Below, piece after piece: positions 9,567-19,266 of a stretch of DNA of 64,000 nucleotides. The stretch is taken from positions 67,895-131,894 of the forward strand of contig JAGNEX010000002.1 of the NCBI GenBank assembly GCA_018003035.1, read 5' to 3'. The translations under genes and the position numbers were made by a program. Source of the DNA: Acidimicrobiia bacterium (lineage in GTDB: Bacteria; Actinomycetota; Acidimicrobiia; IMCC26256; JAGNEX01). Within the stretch, counting starts at the first letter, position 1, and each line of letters starts with the position of its first letter. The notes below the pieces were generated by a model, which saw only the letters and a program-made list of their open reading frames with translations, ran no database searches and was not told the DNA's origin.

Positions 9567-10808
9567 GTGACGGAGCCTGAGACTGGCATCCGCGTAACAC
9601 GCCTTGAAGGGGGACCGCTCGTCGTAACTGAGCGGTCCCCGCTGGCGTTGTCGGCTGCTCTTGGCGTTTGGGTCGATGTGGGGTCGCGGGACGAACCAAC
9701 GTCGATGCAAGGTGCAACGCACTTTCTTGAACACCTCGTCTTCAAAGGGACCGAGCGGTTCGATGCTGATGAGATCAGCGAAGAGATCGAACGGTTCGGC
9801 GGCGATATCAACGCGTTCACCACGGCGGAACACACCGTCTATGAGGCGCACCTGATCGCCGAAGGCCAAGGCACGGCGCTTGAGATCCTCACGGATCTGG
9901 CGTGTCGCCCGAACCTTGAACAACCCGACATCGAGTCCGAGCGTGAGGTCGTCCTTGATGAACTCCGCGGGGCAGATGATCAGGCCGGTTCGATCGCAGA
10001 TGACCTCCTCAACGAGGCGCTGTTCCCGGAACATCCGTTGGGTCGGCGCATTCTCGGCACCGAAGAGCACCTGCTGGCCCTTAACAGCCAGTCCATCCGC
10101 GCGTATCACGACGAGCAGTACGTGTCGGGCCGGATGATTGTGGCCGCAGCCGGTTTGGTCGATCACGACGAGATCGTCGAAGCCGTCCAGGCGAACATTC
10201 CTTCCACCGACATCAAGGGTCGACCGTCACGGAAACAGCCGGGCGCGACGCCGCCGATGATCGTTTCAGAGGATCGACCTGGCGAACAGACCCATGTGCT
10301 TTTGGCCGCGCGAATTGGCGAGGCACAGGACCCGGGGCGCTATGCGCTAACCGTCTTGAGTCATGTCCTCGGTGGGGGCCTGACGTCGCGTCTTTTTCGA
10401 GAAGTACGCGAGAAGCGCGGCCTTTCGTACGCGGTCGGATCCGACCTGTCGTTGTACACCGACGCCGGCATCTTGTTGCTCTACGCGACCTGCAGCCCCC
10501 GCCGGGCCGAAGAGACCGCATCGGTGATCGCCGCGGAACTCGAAGCCATCTTGACCGATCGACCGGTTTCTGAAGCCGAGTTGGAGCGGACCAAGGCGGC
10601 AATTCGGGGCAGCTTTGCCATTGCTGATGAGTCGATGCGCAGCCGCATGCACCGCATCGGACGATCGGCGCTGCTCCAAGGTGAACCCGCTTCGGCCAAC
10701 GAAGTGGTTCAGCGGTACGAGGCTGTTTCCATGGCCGACATGGACGAAGTCCGTCAGCGGCTCCAAGCATCGCCACTCGTCTCCGTGCGGGTTGGTCCCA
10801 AGCCTTGA
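9567..10808 (+). CDS. M16 family (pitrilysin/insulinase-like) zinc peptidase
   Basis: Inverted zinc motif HFLEHLVFKGTE near the N-terminus; 413 aa. Sits in the usual actinobacterial position between pnp and dapB. Confidence 0.85.
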   Translation: MTEPETGIRVTRLEGGPLVVTERSPLALSAALGVWVDVGSRDEPTSMQGATHFLEHLVFKGTERFDADEISEEIERFGGDINAFTTAEHTVYEAHLIAEGQGTALEILTDLACRPNLEQPDIESEREVVLDELRGADDQAGSIADDLLNEALFPEHPLGRRILGTEEHLLALNSQSIRAYHDEQYVSGRMIVAAAGLVDHDEIVEAVQANIPSTDIKGRPSRKQPGATPPMIVSEDRPGEQTHVLLAARIGEAQDPGRYALTVLSHVLGGGLTSRLFREVREKRGLSYAVGSDLSLYTDAGILLLYATCSPRRAEETASVIAAELEAILTDRPVSEAELERTKAAIRGSFAIADESMRSRMHRIGRSALLQGEPASANEVVQRYEAVSMADMDEVRQRLQASPLVSVRVGPKP

Positions 10809-10881
10809 GACGCTTGGCGCTCTAACCTGGGCGCCTCACGGGACCCGATCCAGACGGTCCCACGGCGTCAGAGGTTGGGAA

Positions 10882-11688
10882 GTGTCGGCAACGGAAGGTG
10901 TTGAAGTGCCCGGGGCTGTTGGACCAATTCGCGTGGCTGTCGCGGGCGCGTCTGGACGCATGGGATCGACGACATGTGGTGCGATCGAGGCGGCGGATGG
11001 CCTGATCGTGGCTGCAAAGGTCGATCCCAGCCAAACAGGCGACGACTGGTTTGCGTCTGTCGATGATGTCGACCCCGACCACGTGGATGTGTTGGTTGAC
11101 TTCACCCATTTCGAAAGCGCTCGCCGCAACCTGACCTGGTGTATGCGCTCAGGGGTGCACGCGGTCGTGGGCACGTCTGGTTTTGACGCGGCTGTCCTTG
11201 CGGACCTGAATGACCAGATTCCGCCAGGGGTCAACATCGCAATCATCCCAAACTTCGCGATCGGTGCGGTCTTGATGATGCGGTTCGCGGAACTAGCGGC
11301 GCCGTTTATGGACACCGTCGAGGTGATCGAGTTCCACCATGACAAAAAGATTGATGCCCCGTCTGGGACCGCAGTCGCGACGGTGAATCGGATCGCCGCG
11401 GCCCACGACAAGTGGGCGCCCGACCCGACGACCGACGAGAAGATCCCGGGAGCTCGCGGCGGTCGAGGGGATGCCGGGATCCGCATTCATGCTGTCCGGA
11501 TGCGGGGGATGGTCGCCCACCAAGAGGTGCTCTTCGGTGCCGAAGGTCAGACCTTGACGATTCGCCACGATTCGATCGATCGATCGTCGTTCATGCCTGG
11601 AGTAGTTCTCGCCGTTCGGTCAGTCTCTCGTTTTCCTGGCCTTACGGTGGGTCTCGACCGCTATTTGGGTATCGATTCGATCGCATAG
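10882..11688 (+). CDS. dapB: 4-hydroxy-tetrahydrodipicolinate reductase
   Basis: IRVAVAGASGRMG Rossmann motif and EFHHDKKIDAPSGTA catalytic motif. Start chosen at GTG 10882 with GAGG 7 nt upstream; GTG 10906 is an alternative. The ORF-track start 10615 overlaps the previous gene. Confidence 0.9.
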   Translation: MSATEGVEVPGAVGPIRVAVAGASGRMGSTTCGAIEAADGLIVAAKVDPSQTGDDWFASVDDVDPDHVDVLVDFTHFESARRNLTWCMRSGVHAVVGTSGFDAAVLADLNDQIPPGVNIAIIPNFAIGAVLMMRFAELAAPFMDTVEVIEFHHDKKIDAPSGTAVATVNRIAAAHDKWAPDPTTDEKIPGARGGRGDAGIRIHAVRMRGMVAHQEVLFGAEGQTLTIRHDSIDRSSFMPGVVLAVRSVSRFPGLTVGLDRYLGIDSIA

Positions 11689-11868
11689 GCGGGCGGATTC
11701 CTGGGCGTTTTTGGGCCCAATCTGTCGCTTTGATGGGAGTGCGTGGTGGCGGAGATGGCGCCGGGCCCCTAATCTCCTCACAACATTGCTCCGGCATTGC
11801 CGGTGCGTTGTGCGAAATTCGTGGTTGGTGGGACGAGCGGGAAACCGCGAGACGTGGCGGGAGGACGA

Positions 11869-12690
11869 TTGAGCGGTTCTGCAACCAATGAGGTGCAGCC
11901 TGTGTTGTCCGTGCGCAATGTTGAAGTCGTGTACAACGGCGTTGCCCAAGTGCTCCGAGGCGTCAACCTCGAAGTGCAAAAGGGCCAAGTCGTCACCCTT
12001 CTCGGTGGCAACGGTGCCGGAAAAACAACGCTTCTTCGGGCGATCACCGGGCTGATCGGGGTCCACGGTGGCGAGGTGACCCGGGGCGAAGTCGACCTCG
12101 CTGGACAGCCGATCCTCGGCCTTGACCCACCCAAGATCGTCAGTGCCGGGATCGCCCAAGTCATGGAGGGGCGGCGGATCTTCGGCGAGCTTTCAATTGA
12201 GGAGAATCTGCGCGCCGGGGCCTTCACGAATAGGGACAAAGCAGGCGCCCAGAAGACGATGGCTCGCATCTACGAGATGTTTCCCGTCCTAGGTGATCGA
12301 CGGGCACAGCATGCGGGATATCTGTCGGGCGGGGAGCAACAGATGTTGGCCATCGGTAGGGCGATGATGGCGAACCCCACGTTGCTGCTCCTCGACGAGC
12401 CATCGCTCGGCCTGGCTCCCCTCATCGTTGAACAGATCGGCAACATCATCCGTGAGGTCAACGCGACCGGAACTTCGGTGTTGTTGATTGAACAAAACGC
12501 CCACATGGCGTTGGGCGTCTCGAACTTTGCCTACATCCTCGAACACGGACGGGTCGTCCGATCGGGGAGCTCTGAAGCACTGCGCGCCGACAAGGACATC
12601 CAGGACTTCTACTTGGGTGGCGCCAGCGAGGCGGACCGCTCATTTGCCGAGGTGAAGAGCTACCGGCGCAAGAAGAAGTGGAGCGCATGA
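11869..12690 (+). CDS. Branched-chain-type ABC transporter ATP-binding protein (LivF-like)
   Basis: Walker A GGNGAGKTT, signature LSGGEQQML, Walker B LLLLDEPS, and a basic C-terminal tail KSYRRKKKWSA. Start uncertain: TTG 11869 after GGGAGGA, or GTG 11893. Confidence 0.88.
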   Translation: MSGSATNEVQPVLSVRNVEVVYNGVAQVLRGVNLEVQKGQVVTLLGGNGAGKTTLLRAITGLIGVHGGEVTRGEVDLAGQPILGLDPPKIVSAGIAQVMEGRRIFGELSIEENLRAGAFTNRDKAGAQKTMARIYEMFPVLGDRRAQHAGYLSGGEQQMLAIGRAMMANPTLLLLDEPSLGLAPLIVEQIGNIIREVNATGTSVLLIEQNAHMALGVSNFAYILEHGRVVRSGSSEALRADKDIQDFYLGGASEADRSFAEVKSYRRKKKWSA

Positions 12691-13457
12691 GTACCGACCT
12701 GCTCGAAGTACGCAACATCACGCTTCGTTTCGGTGGCGTCACCGCCATCAACGACGTCTCTTTTTCCGTCGGCGAAGGCGAACTGTTCGCAATCATCGGC
12801 CCCAACGGCGCCGGCAAGACCTCGATGTTCAACTGCCTGAACGGCGTTTACCGCCCCCAGTCGGGTTCCATCGTGCTCGCAGGTGAAGACATCAGCGGCT
12901 ACAAGCCCACCCGTATCGCCAAGCTTGGAATCGCTCGTACCTTTCAGAATCTCGGGCTGTTCACCAACCTCAATGTGGTCGACAACCTGATGCTCGGTCG
13001 TCACATGCACATGAAGACCGGCTTTCTGTCCGCGGCGGTCTGGTTCGGCAGGGCGCGCAGCGAAGAAATTCGCCAGCGAGAAGCGTGCGAAGAAGTCATG
13101 CGGCTCCTCGAGTTGGAGCCGTACCGCTATACGACGGTCGGTCTGCTGCCCTACGGGGTCCAAAAGCGCCTCGAGCTCGGCAGGGCGCTCGCCATGGAGC
13201 CAAAGGTGCTGCTCCTCGACGAGCCGGTCGCGGGGATGAACCATGAAGAGACCGAAGACATGGCTCGGTACTTGCTCGAAATCCGCAGCCAACTGAACAC
13301 GACGATGATCATGGTCGAACACGACATGCCCTTCGTCATGGACCTCGCCGACCGAGTGATGGCGATCGACTTTGGTCAACGAATCGCCATTGGAACGCCC
13401 GACGAGGTGCGGAACGACCCAGCCGTTGTGGCTGCCTACCTGGGAGGTGAGGCATGA
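12687..13457 (+). CDS. Branched-chain-type ABC transporter ATP-binding protein (LivG-like)
   Basis: Walker A GPNGAGKTS, Walker B LLLLDEPVAGMN, MVEHDM. ATGA overlap with the upstream stop. Confidence 0.9.
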   Translation: MSTDLLEVRNITLRFGGVTAINDVSFSVGEGELFAIIGPNGAGKTSMFNCLNGVYRPQSGSIVLAGEDISGYKPTRIAKLGIARTFQNLGLFTNLNVVDNLMLGRHMHMKTGFLSAAVWFGRARSEEIRQREACEEVMRLLELEPYRYTTVGLLPYGVQKRLELGRALAMEPKVLLLDEPVAGMNHEETEDMARYLLEIRSQLNTTMIMVEHDMPFVMDLADRVMAIDFGQRIAIGTPDEVRNDPAVVAAYLGGEA

Positions 13458-15262
13458 CGGAACGGGCTGCAGGAATGACCACGCTTCCGGACATGCTTGC
13501 GGACTGGGCTCAGCGGACGCCGACAAAGACGGCGCTCCGCAAGAAGTCGCTCGGGCGCTGGCGTGAGTACACCTGGGCGGAATACCGCGAACGGGTTGCT
13601 CGGGCGGCCAGTGCCCTGACCGCGTTGGGAGTCGGCAGGGGAGACGGAGTCGCCATCCTCTCGGGGAACCGGCCCGGCTGGTTGTTTGTCGATCTTGCGA
13701 CGCAATCGTTGGGTGCTCGTTCGGTAGGCGTGTATCCAACATCCAGTTCCTCGGAAGCCCGTTACGTCATCGATCACTCAGATGCGTCGATCGTGTTCGT
13801 TGAAGACGAAGAGCAACTCGACAAGGTGCTGGACGCTCGAAGCGACCTTCCGCACCTGAGAAAGATCGTCATCTTTGACGCGCGGGGCATTCGCGGCCTC
13901 GACCAACACGACGATGTGATGTCGTTCGCCGATTTTGAGGCGCTCGCCCCTGGCGAAGCTGCCCAAGAGATCGCGTCGTGGGACAAAGCGAGGGCTGAGC
14001 TCGATCCAGACGACACCACACTGCTCGTATACACGTCAGGTACGACGGGGCCGCCCAAGGGGGCGATGCTGTCGCAACGCAATCTGGTGGTCGCTGCAGA
14101 AACCTTTGTCAAGGCCTGGGGCGTGCACGCAGGGGACGAGTTGATGTCCTATCTCCCCCTCTGCCACGTCGCCGAGCGCCTGATGAGCGTCGCCAACGGT
14201 TTGCACGCTGGCTACATCGTGAACTTTGGGGAAGGCCCCGACACGTTCACCAACGACCTCACCGAGTTGCAACCGACGGTCTTCCTGGGCGTTCCGCGGG
14301 TGTGGGAAAAGCTCATGGCCGGCGTCGAACTCCGAATGCAAGACGCATCTGGCTTACGTCAGAAGGCCTACCGTTGGGCGCTGCGCAGCGGAAACAAAAC
14401 AGCTGCTTCGCGACGTGAGAGCGGTTCGAAGTCGGCAGGCGGCACGCTCGCCCGCTTCGTGGTTAGTCGGCCTTTGACGAACAAGATGGGTCTTGGTCGG
14501 GTCCGAGTTGCTCTCACCGGTGCCGCGCCGATTTCGGTCGAGGTGCTCGAGTATTTCTGGGCTCTAGGAGTCGATATTCGAGAGGTGTACGGTCAAACCG
14601 AAGGTACGGCGCTTGCGACGGCCAACGTTGGCTGGCCGGTCAAACTCGGAACGGTGGGCAGGGCGCTTGACGGTGTCGAACTACGCCTCGAGGCAGACGG
14701 CGAGATCACTGTTCGTGACCCTGGAGTCTTTAAGGGCTACTACAAAGACGAAGCAGCGACAGCAGAAGTTGTCGACGCAGACGGGTGGCTCCACACCGGA
14801 GATGTCGGAGTTCTCGACGACTCCGGGTTCCTCACGATCACCGATCGCAAGAAGGACTTGATCATCACTTCTGGCGGTAAGAACATCTCGCCCTCCTACA
14901 TCGAGAACAAGCTCAAAGTGTCCCCGCACATCGCCGAAGCGATCGTCGTTGGTGACGCTCGTAAGTACTGCACCGCCCTCATCGGCGTGGACGCGGAGGC
15001 GGTGGCCGACTGGGCAGGTCGTCAGAACCTTTCATTTGGTTCCTACGCTGACCTGGCTCGTTTGCCTGAAGTCCAGAAACTGGTGGACGGGTGGGTGCAA
15101 TCGGTCAACGAAGATCTTGCACCGGTTGAGCAGATCAAACGCTTTGCCCTGCTTGAAAAGGAGCTCGACGTCGATGATGGCGAGTTGACCGCTACGCAGA
15201 AGGTCAAGCGTTCAGCGATTCATGCGCTGTATCAGGACCAGATCGAGGGGTTGTACCGATGA
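13454..15262 (+). CDS. AMP-dependent acyl-CoA synthetase (long-chain fatty acid-CoA ligase-like)
   Basis: AMP-binding motif LVYTSGTTGPPKGAML, YGQTE, GWLHTGDVG, and DRKKDLIITSGGKNISP. 602 aa. ATGA overlaps at both ends place it inside the ABC operon. Confidence 0.9.
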   Translation: MTERAAGMTTLPDMLADWAQRTPTKTALRKKSLGRWREYTWAEYRERVARAASALTALGVGRGDGVAILSGNRPGWLFVDLATQSLGARSVGVYPTSSSSEARYVIDHSDASIVFVEDEEQLDKVLDARSDLPHLRKIVIFDARGIRGLDQHDDVMSFADFEALAPGEAAQEIASWDKARAELDPDDTTLLVYTSGTTGPPKGAMLSQRNLVVAAETFVKAWGVHAGDELMSYLPLCHVAERLMSVANGLHAGYIVNFGEGPDTFTNDLTELQPTVFLGVPRVWEKLMAGVELRMQDASGLRQKAYRWALRSGNKTAASRRESGSKSAGGTLARFVVSRPLTNKMGLGRVRVALTGAAPISVEVLEYFWALGVDIREVYGQTEGTALATANVGWPVKLGTVGRALDGVELRLEADGEITVRDPGVFKGYYKDEAATAEVVDADGWLHTGDVGVLDDSGFLTITDRKKDLIITSGGKNISPSYIENKLKVSPHIAEAIVVGDARKYCTALIGVDAEAVADWAGRQNLSFGSYADLARLPEVQKLVDGWVQSVNEDLAPVEQIKRFALLEKELDVDDGELTATQKVKRSAIHALYQDQIEGLYR

Positions 15263-16194
15263 CGGAGTTCATCCAAGCACTCGTCGGCGGAGTTGCCCTG
15301 GGCAGCATTTATGCCCTTGTGGCGCTCGGTTTCGTGGTCATCTATCGGGCGACTGGGATCATCAACTTTTCCCAGGGTGCAATTGTGACCTTGGGTGCCT
15401 ACCTGACCTTCAATGCCGCCCAAACCTGGGGCCTGCCGTTCGCCATTGCAGCGATCGTGGCGATCGCGGGTTGCGCCTTACTCGGCGTTTTCATCGAGCG
15501 ATTCTTGCTGCGTTGGTTCGTTGGGCAGCCAGTCCTCGCCGTCATCATGGTGACGATTGGGTTGCTGAACATCTTGGACCAACTCATCAAAGAGATCTGG
15601 GGTGTTAGTCCCGTTGTCATGGGCGAGCCGTGGCGTTTCAAGAACGTGACCGTCGGGTCGATCGTCATCCCCTGGAATGACATCATCACGCTCGCTGTGA
15701 CCACTGCCCTCGTCACCCTGTTCTTCTTCACGATGCAGCGGTCTCGAATCGGGCTCGGTATGCGGGCGGTGGCGATCGACACCGAAGCAGCTCTTGCGAA
15801 CGGCATTTCTGCAAATGCCATGAATGCTGCGGCGTGGGCAATGTCAGGAGGCATCGCTGCGATCGCGGGAATCATGCTGGCTGGTGACCTTTCCAACGCC
15901 AATCCCAACATGGGCTTCATCGCCTTGGCTGCTTTTCCGGCCATGATCCTGGGCGGCCTCGATTCACCGGTGGGAGCGGTTTTTGGCGGCATCATCATCG
16001 GCCTCACCGAAGTCATGACGAAGATCTACATCAATCCATGGGCGACGAAACCGCCCCAATGGTTGGAGAATCTGGTCGGTACCCCGACGATTCTGGAAAA
16101 CGTGCATCAGGTCACGCCGTACATCGTGATGGTGCTCATCCTGTTGATCAGACCCCAGGGCCTGTTCGGCACCAAAGAAGTGGAGCGGGTGTGA
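15259..16194 (+). CDS. Branched-chain-type ABC transporter permease (LivH-like)
   Basis: 311-aa polytopic membrane protein starting MTEFIQALVGGVALGSIYALVALGFVVIYRATGIINFSQG, typical of the LivH family. Confidence 0.88.
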   Translation: MTEFIQALVGGVALGSIYALVALGFVVIYRATGIINFSQGAIVTLGAYLTFNAAQTWGLPFAIAAIVAIAGCALLGVFIERFLLRWFVGQPVLAVIMVTIGLLNILDQLIKEIWGVSPVVMGEPWRFKNVTVGSIVIPWNDIITLAVTTALVTLFFFTMQRSRIGLGMRAVAIDTEAALANGISANAMNAAAWAMSGGIAAIAGIMLAGDLSNANPNMGFIALAAFPAMILGGLDSPVGAVFGGIIIGLTEVMTKIYINPWATKPPQWLENLVGTPTILENVHQVTPYIVMVLILLIRPQGLFGTKEVERV

Positions 16195-17504
16195 TGGCCG
16201 GGAACCGCGGGCTCGTCACGAACTATTCAGATGAGGTGAAGCTGTGGCGTACCAGCGGTGACTGGTACCGCCTCGGTGCAATCCTCTTGGCATACCTGGT
16301 CGTTCCCCACGTCGTGACCAGCGACTTCTGGCTTGGAATCCTGAACTTTGCCGGAGTGCTGGCCATTGGAGCGATCGGCCTCAACCTGTTGACCGGCTAC
16401 ACGGGTCAAGCATCGCTTGGCCATGCGTTCTTCCTAGGTGTCGGCGCGTACACAGCCGGGTACTTCGGTGGTCAGTACTTTGAGTCCAAAACGTTTTCGT
16501 TCTTTGGGCTTGTCTCCATCGAAGGCCCGCTGCCGATGCCGATTTGGATTGTGCTTGCGGCCATCGTCGGCGCCCTCATTGGGGCCGTGGTTGGACCGTT
16601 CGCACTACGCCTGCGCGGCAACTACCTCGCGGTCGTGTCGGTTGGCCTTGTATTCGTCGGTACCCACATTTTCAAGAGTTGGTCCTCGGTAACCGGCGGT
16701 CGATCGAACTTGAGTGTGGCCCCGGTCGCCAAGGTTGGGCCTCTCGACTTCAACGATCTCAACGTCTTGGGGTCCCAGTACACGCGTCAACAGGGACTGT
16801 TCTTCCTCATCTGGTTCGCGGTGTTGATCGTTGCGCTGTTGAGCAAGAACATTGTGCGCTCTCGCCCAGGCCGAGCGATGCAGGCGGTTCGTGATCGGGA
16901 TATGGCCGCCGAGATCATCGGGGTCGATACGGCGAAGTACAAGATCTTGGCGTTCGCCGTCAGTTCGGCCATCGCCGCCGTCGCGGGTGGCCTGATGATG
17001 ACGTATGAGCAGTTCGCGTCGCCGGATCGCTGGGACCTGTTCCTTTCCATTCAATTCGTGGCGATCATCATCGTCGGTGGTGTCGGCACGATCTTTGGGT
17101 CAATCATCGGAGCGGTGACCATTTGGGCAACTCCAGAACTGGTCAAGTGGGCGACGGGTTCTGGGTATATGCCCTACATCTATGAGACCGGCGGTTCCAT
17201 GAACCGATCTGACTCGGCAATGGTTCCAGTAGTGCTTGGAGCGATTGGTTTGGCCCTCGTGGGTGCAGCTGTGTGGCGGTGGACTGCGGGTTCTCGGCGG
17301 GGAGCTATCGCGTTGGCGGTGCTCGGTGCCATCACGCTGCTCGGTATCCCGTTCGGCGACACCGCCATTATTGGCGTTGACCAGTTCAACGGGATCTTGT
17401 TCGGTTTGCTGATCGTCGTGTTCTTGCTGGTCGAACCCCGCGGGCTTGCGGCGGTCTGGATGCGCCTCCGAACGTCGATCAAGATGTGGCCGTTTTCGTA
17501 CTAG
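16194..17504 (+). CDS. Branched-chain-type ABC transporter permease (LivM-like)
   Basis: Polytopic protein with LNLLTGYTGQASLGHAFFLGVGAY, a LivM-type motif. ATG 16194 overlaps the upstream TGA. The ORF-track start 16038 lies inside the livH-like gene. Confidence 0.88.
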   Translation: MAGNRGLVTNYSDEVKLWRTSGDWYRLGAILLAYLVVPHVVTSDFWLGILNFAGVLAIGAIGLNLLTGYTGQASLGHAFFLGVGAYTAGYFGGQYFESKTFSFFGLVSIEGPLPMPIWIVLAAIVGALIGAVVGPFALRLRGNYLAVVSVGLVFVGTHIFKSWSSVTGGRSNLSVAPVAKVGPLDFNDLNVLGSQYTRQQGLFFLIWFAVLIVALLSKNIVRSRPGRAMQAVRDRDMAAEIIGVDTAKYKILAFAVSSAIAAVAGGLMMTYEQFASPDRWDLFLSIQFVAIIIVGGVGTIFGSIIGAVTIWATPELVKWATGSGYMPYIYETGGSMNRSDSAMVPVVLGAIGLALVGAAVWRWTAGSRRGAIALAVLGAITLLGIPFGDTAIIGVDQFNGILFGLLIVVFLLVEPRGLAAVWMRLRTSIKMWPFSY

Positions 17505-17625
17505 CAAAAGCGGCAACGATCAGCGCTGCGTTTGGTTCCCCTTCAAAACACTCTCCGGTGGGGGTGTACAAGCCGGACGCAGCGGTGTACAACATGGTGT
17601 CTCAACCTGATCTGAGGAGGATCAA

Positions 17626-19053
17626 ATGAAGCGAGGATCACTGCGCTGGCTAGCGTTGTTTTCCATTCTTGCCCTGTTTGTCACGGCGTGTGGCGCTGGT
17701 GACGATGAAGATGATGGGGCTGGCGGCTCGGGCGACAGCAACACAACCGTCGCCGACGACGCCTCCGACACAACCGGTGCTGATGGCGCAAGCGACACCA
17801 CCACGGCCGATGACGGCAGTGACACCACTGGCGCAGAAGCGCCTGCGGGCGACCCCGAGGCTGCCCCTGGCTTCGACCCAGAAACCGGTGTGATCAAAAT
17901 CGGCGTCATCACCGACCTCAGTGGTCCGCTGGCGATCGGTGGCAAGCTCCTGACTCGCGGCAACAAGATCTTCTTCGAGGCGCTCAACGCCAAGGGTGGG
18001 ATCGCTGGCAAGTACAAGGTCGAACTGGTCGTGGAAGATCACGGCTACGACGAGGCCGCTGCCGCCAACGCGTTTAACAAGATCAAAGACGATGTCGTCA
18101 TGATCGGCCAGGTGTTTGGCACCCCTCCGACCAAGCGCCTTTTGCCGTTGCTCGGTCAAGAAAGCATGCTCGCCGCTCCGGCTTCACTGGCTGGGTCGTG
18201 GGTTCGTGACGCTCGCTTGCTCCCTGTCGGTACTCCGTACCAAGCGCAGATCATCAACGGCGCCGCCTACTACACCGAGTCCCTGGGCTCGAAAGACGAC
18301 AAAGCCTGTGCCATGGCGGCTGACGACGACTACGGCGATGAGGGTATCGAGGGTGTTGAGTTCGCGGCCGAGGAACTGGGCTTCGAACTGACAGAGACCG
18401 TTCGTTTTGCGGCTACCGACCAAGACTTCGGGCAAGTCAGCCAGCTGGCTGACTGCGACGTCGTGTACCTGATCTCGACACCTCTTGCCACCAACGGCAT
18501 CATGAGCGAGGCAGCGAACTCGAACTTGGACGCCACTTGGATTGCCATGTCGCCAGCGTTCCTGTCGCTCGCAAACCAGGGTGGTCCTGCCGACTACATG
18601 GAAGAGAACCTCTACGTCATCGGTGACGGTCCCGCCTACGGCGACACCTCCAACGCCGGGATGAAGCGCCTCATGGACGACACCAAGGTGTATGTCGGCA
18701 CGGTTGACGGTGAAGAGAAGACCGGAGCCGAAGGTGCGGACACCTTCCGGGTGTTTGGTTACGGCCAAGCATGGGGAATCACCCAGATCCTCGAGAAGGC
18801 CGTCGCTAACGGTGACCTCAGCCGTGAGGGTATTCAGAAGGCGGCTCAGGACATCGACCTGAAGTTCGACGGTTTGTTCGGTGACTACGTGTACGGCTCA
18901 GACGAGGGCGTGGTTGCGGAACGCACGCCGCCGCTGAGCTCGACGATTCTGAAGGTTGACTTTGCGGAAGCGGTTGGCCTGAAGGTTGTCGCCGAAGCAT
19001 TCACTTCGGACGCTGCGAAGGCATACGACGGTTACGCCCAGCCGCAGGGCTAG
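17626..19053 (+). CDS. ABC transporter substrate-binding lipoprotein (LivK / Peripla_BP_6-like)
   Basis: GAGGAGG SD. Signal peptide with lipobox LFVTAC. Acidic D/T/G repeat linker (DDASDTTGADGASDTTTADDGSDTTG). A type-I periplasmic binding fold then begins IKIGVITDLSGPLAIGG. Confidence 0.88.
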   Translation: MKRGSLRWLALFSILALFVTACGAGDDEDDGAGGSGDSNTTVADDASDTTGADGASDTTTADDGSDTTGAEAPAGDPEAAPGFDPETGVIKIGVITDLSGPLAIGGKLLTRGNKIFFEALNAKGGIAGKYKVELVVEDHGYDEAAAANAFNKIKDDVVMIGQVFGTPPTKRLLPLLGQESMLAAPASLAGSWVRDARLLPVGTPYQAQIINGAAYYTESLGSKDDKACAMAADDDYGDEGIEGVEFAAEELGFELTETVRFAATDQDFGQVSQLADCDVVYLISTPLATNGIMSEAANSNLDATWIAMSPAFLSLANQGGPADYMEENLYVIGDGPAYGDTSNAGMKRLMDDTKVYVGTVDGEEKTGAEGADTFRVFGYGQAWGITQILEKAVANGDLSREGIQKAAQDIDLKFDGLFGDYVYGSDEGVVAERTPPLSSTILKVDFAEAVGLKVVAEAFTSDAAKAYDGYAQPQG

Positions 19054-19115
19054 GTACATTGCTCTGATACTCGGATGAGCCTGAGCGCCCGCCTAGTCTG
19101 AGCAAACGTTGTCCG

Positions 19116-19147
19116 TTGAGGGCCGCCCTTTCGAGGGCGGCCCTCAA
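19116..19147. terminator. Perfect 14-bp GC hairpin after the ABC operon
   Basis: TTGAGGGCCGCCCT-ttcg-AGGGCGGCCCTCAA, 63 nt after the SBP stop. No U-tract. Confidence 0.6.
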
Positions 19148-19266
19148 TGCGTCGGTTGCCACCACGGACTCGGCCAGTGTCCTTGCACAACCGGTTAGAG
19201 CTGTACCTTGAGTCGCCATTAAGTGTCTGCTGGTGCGTTGACCAGCCCCGTGCGATGACCCGGGGT

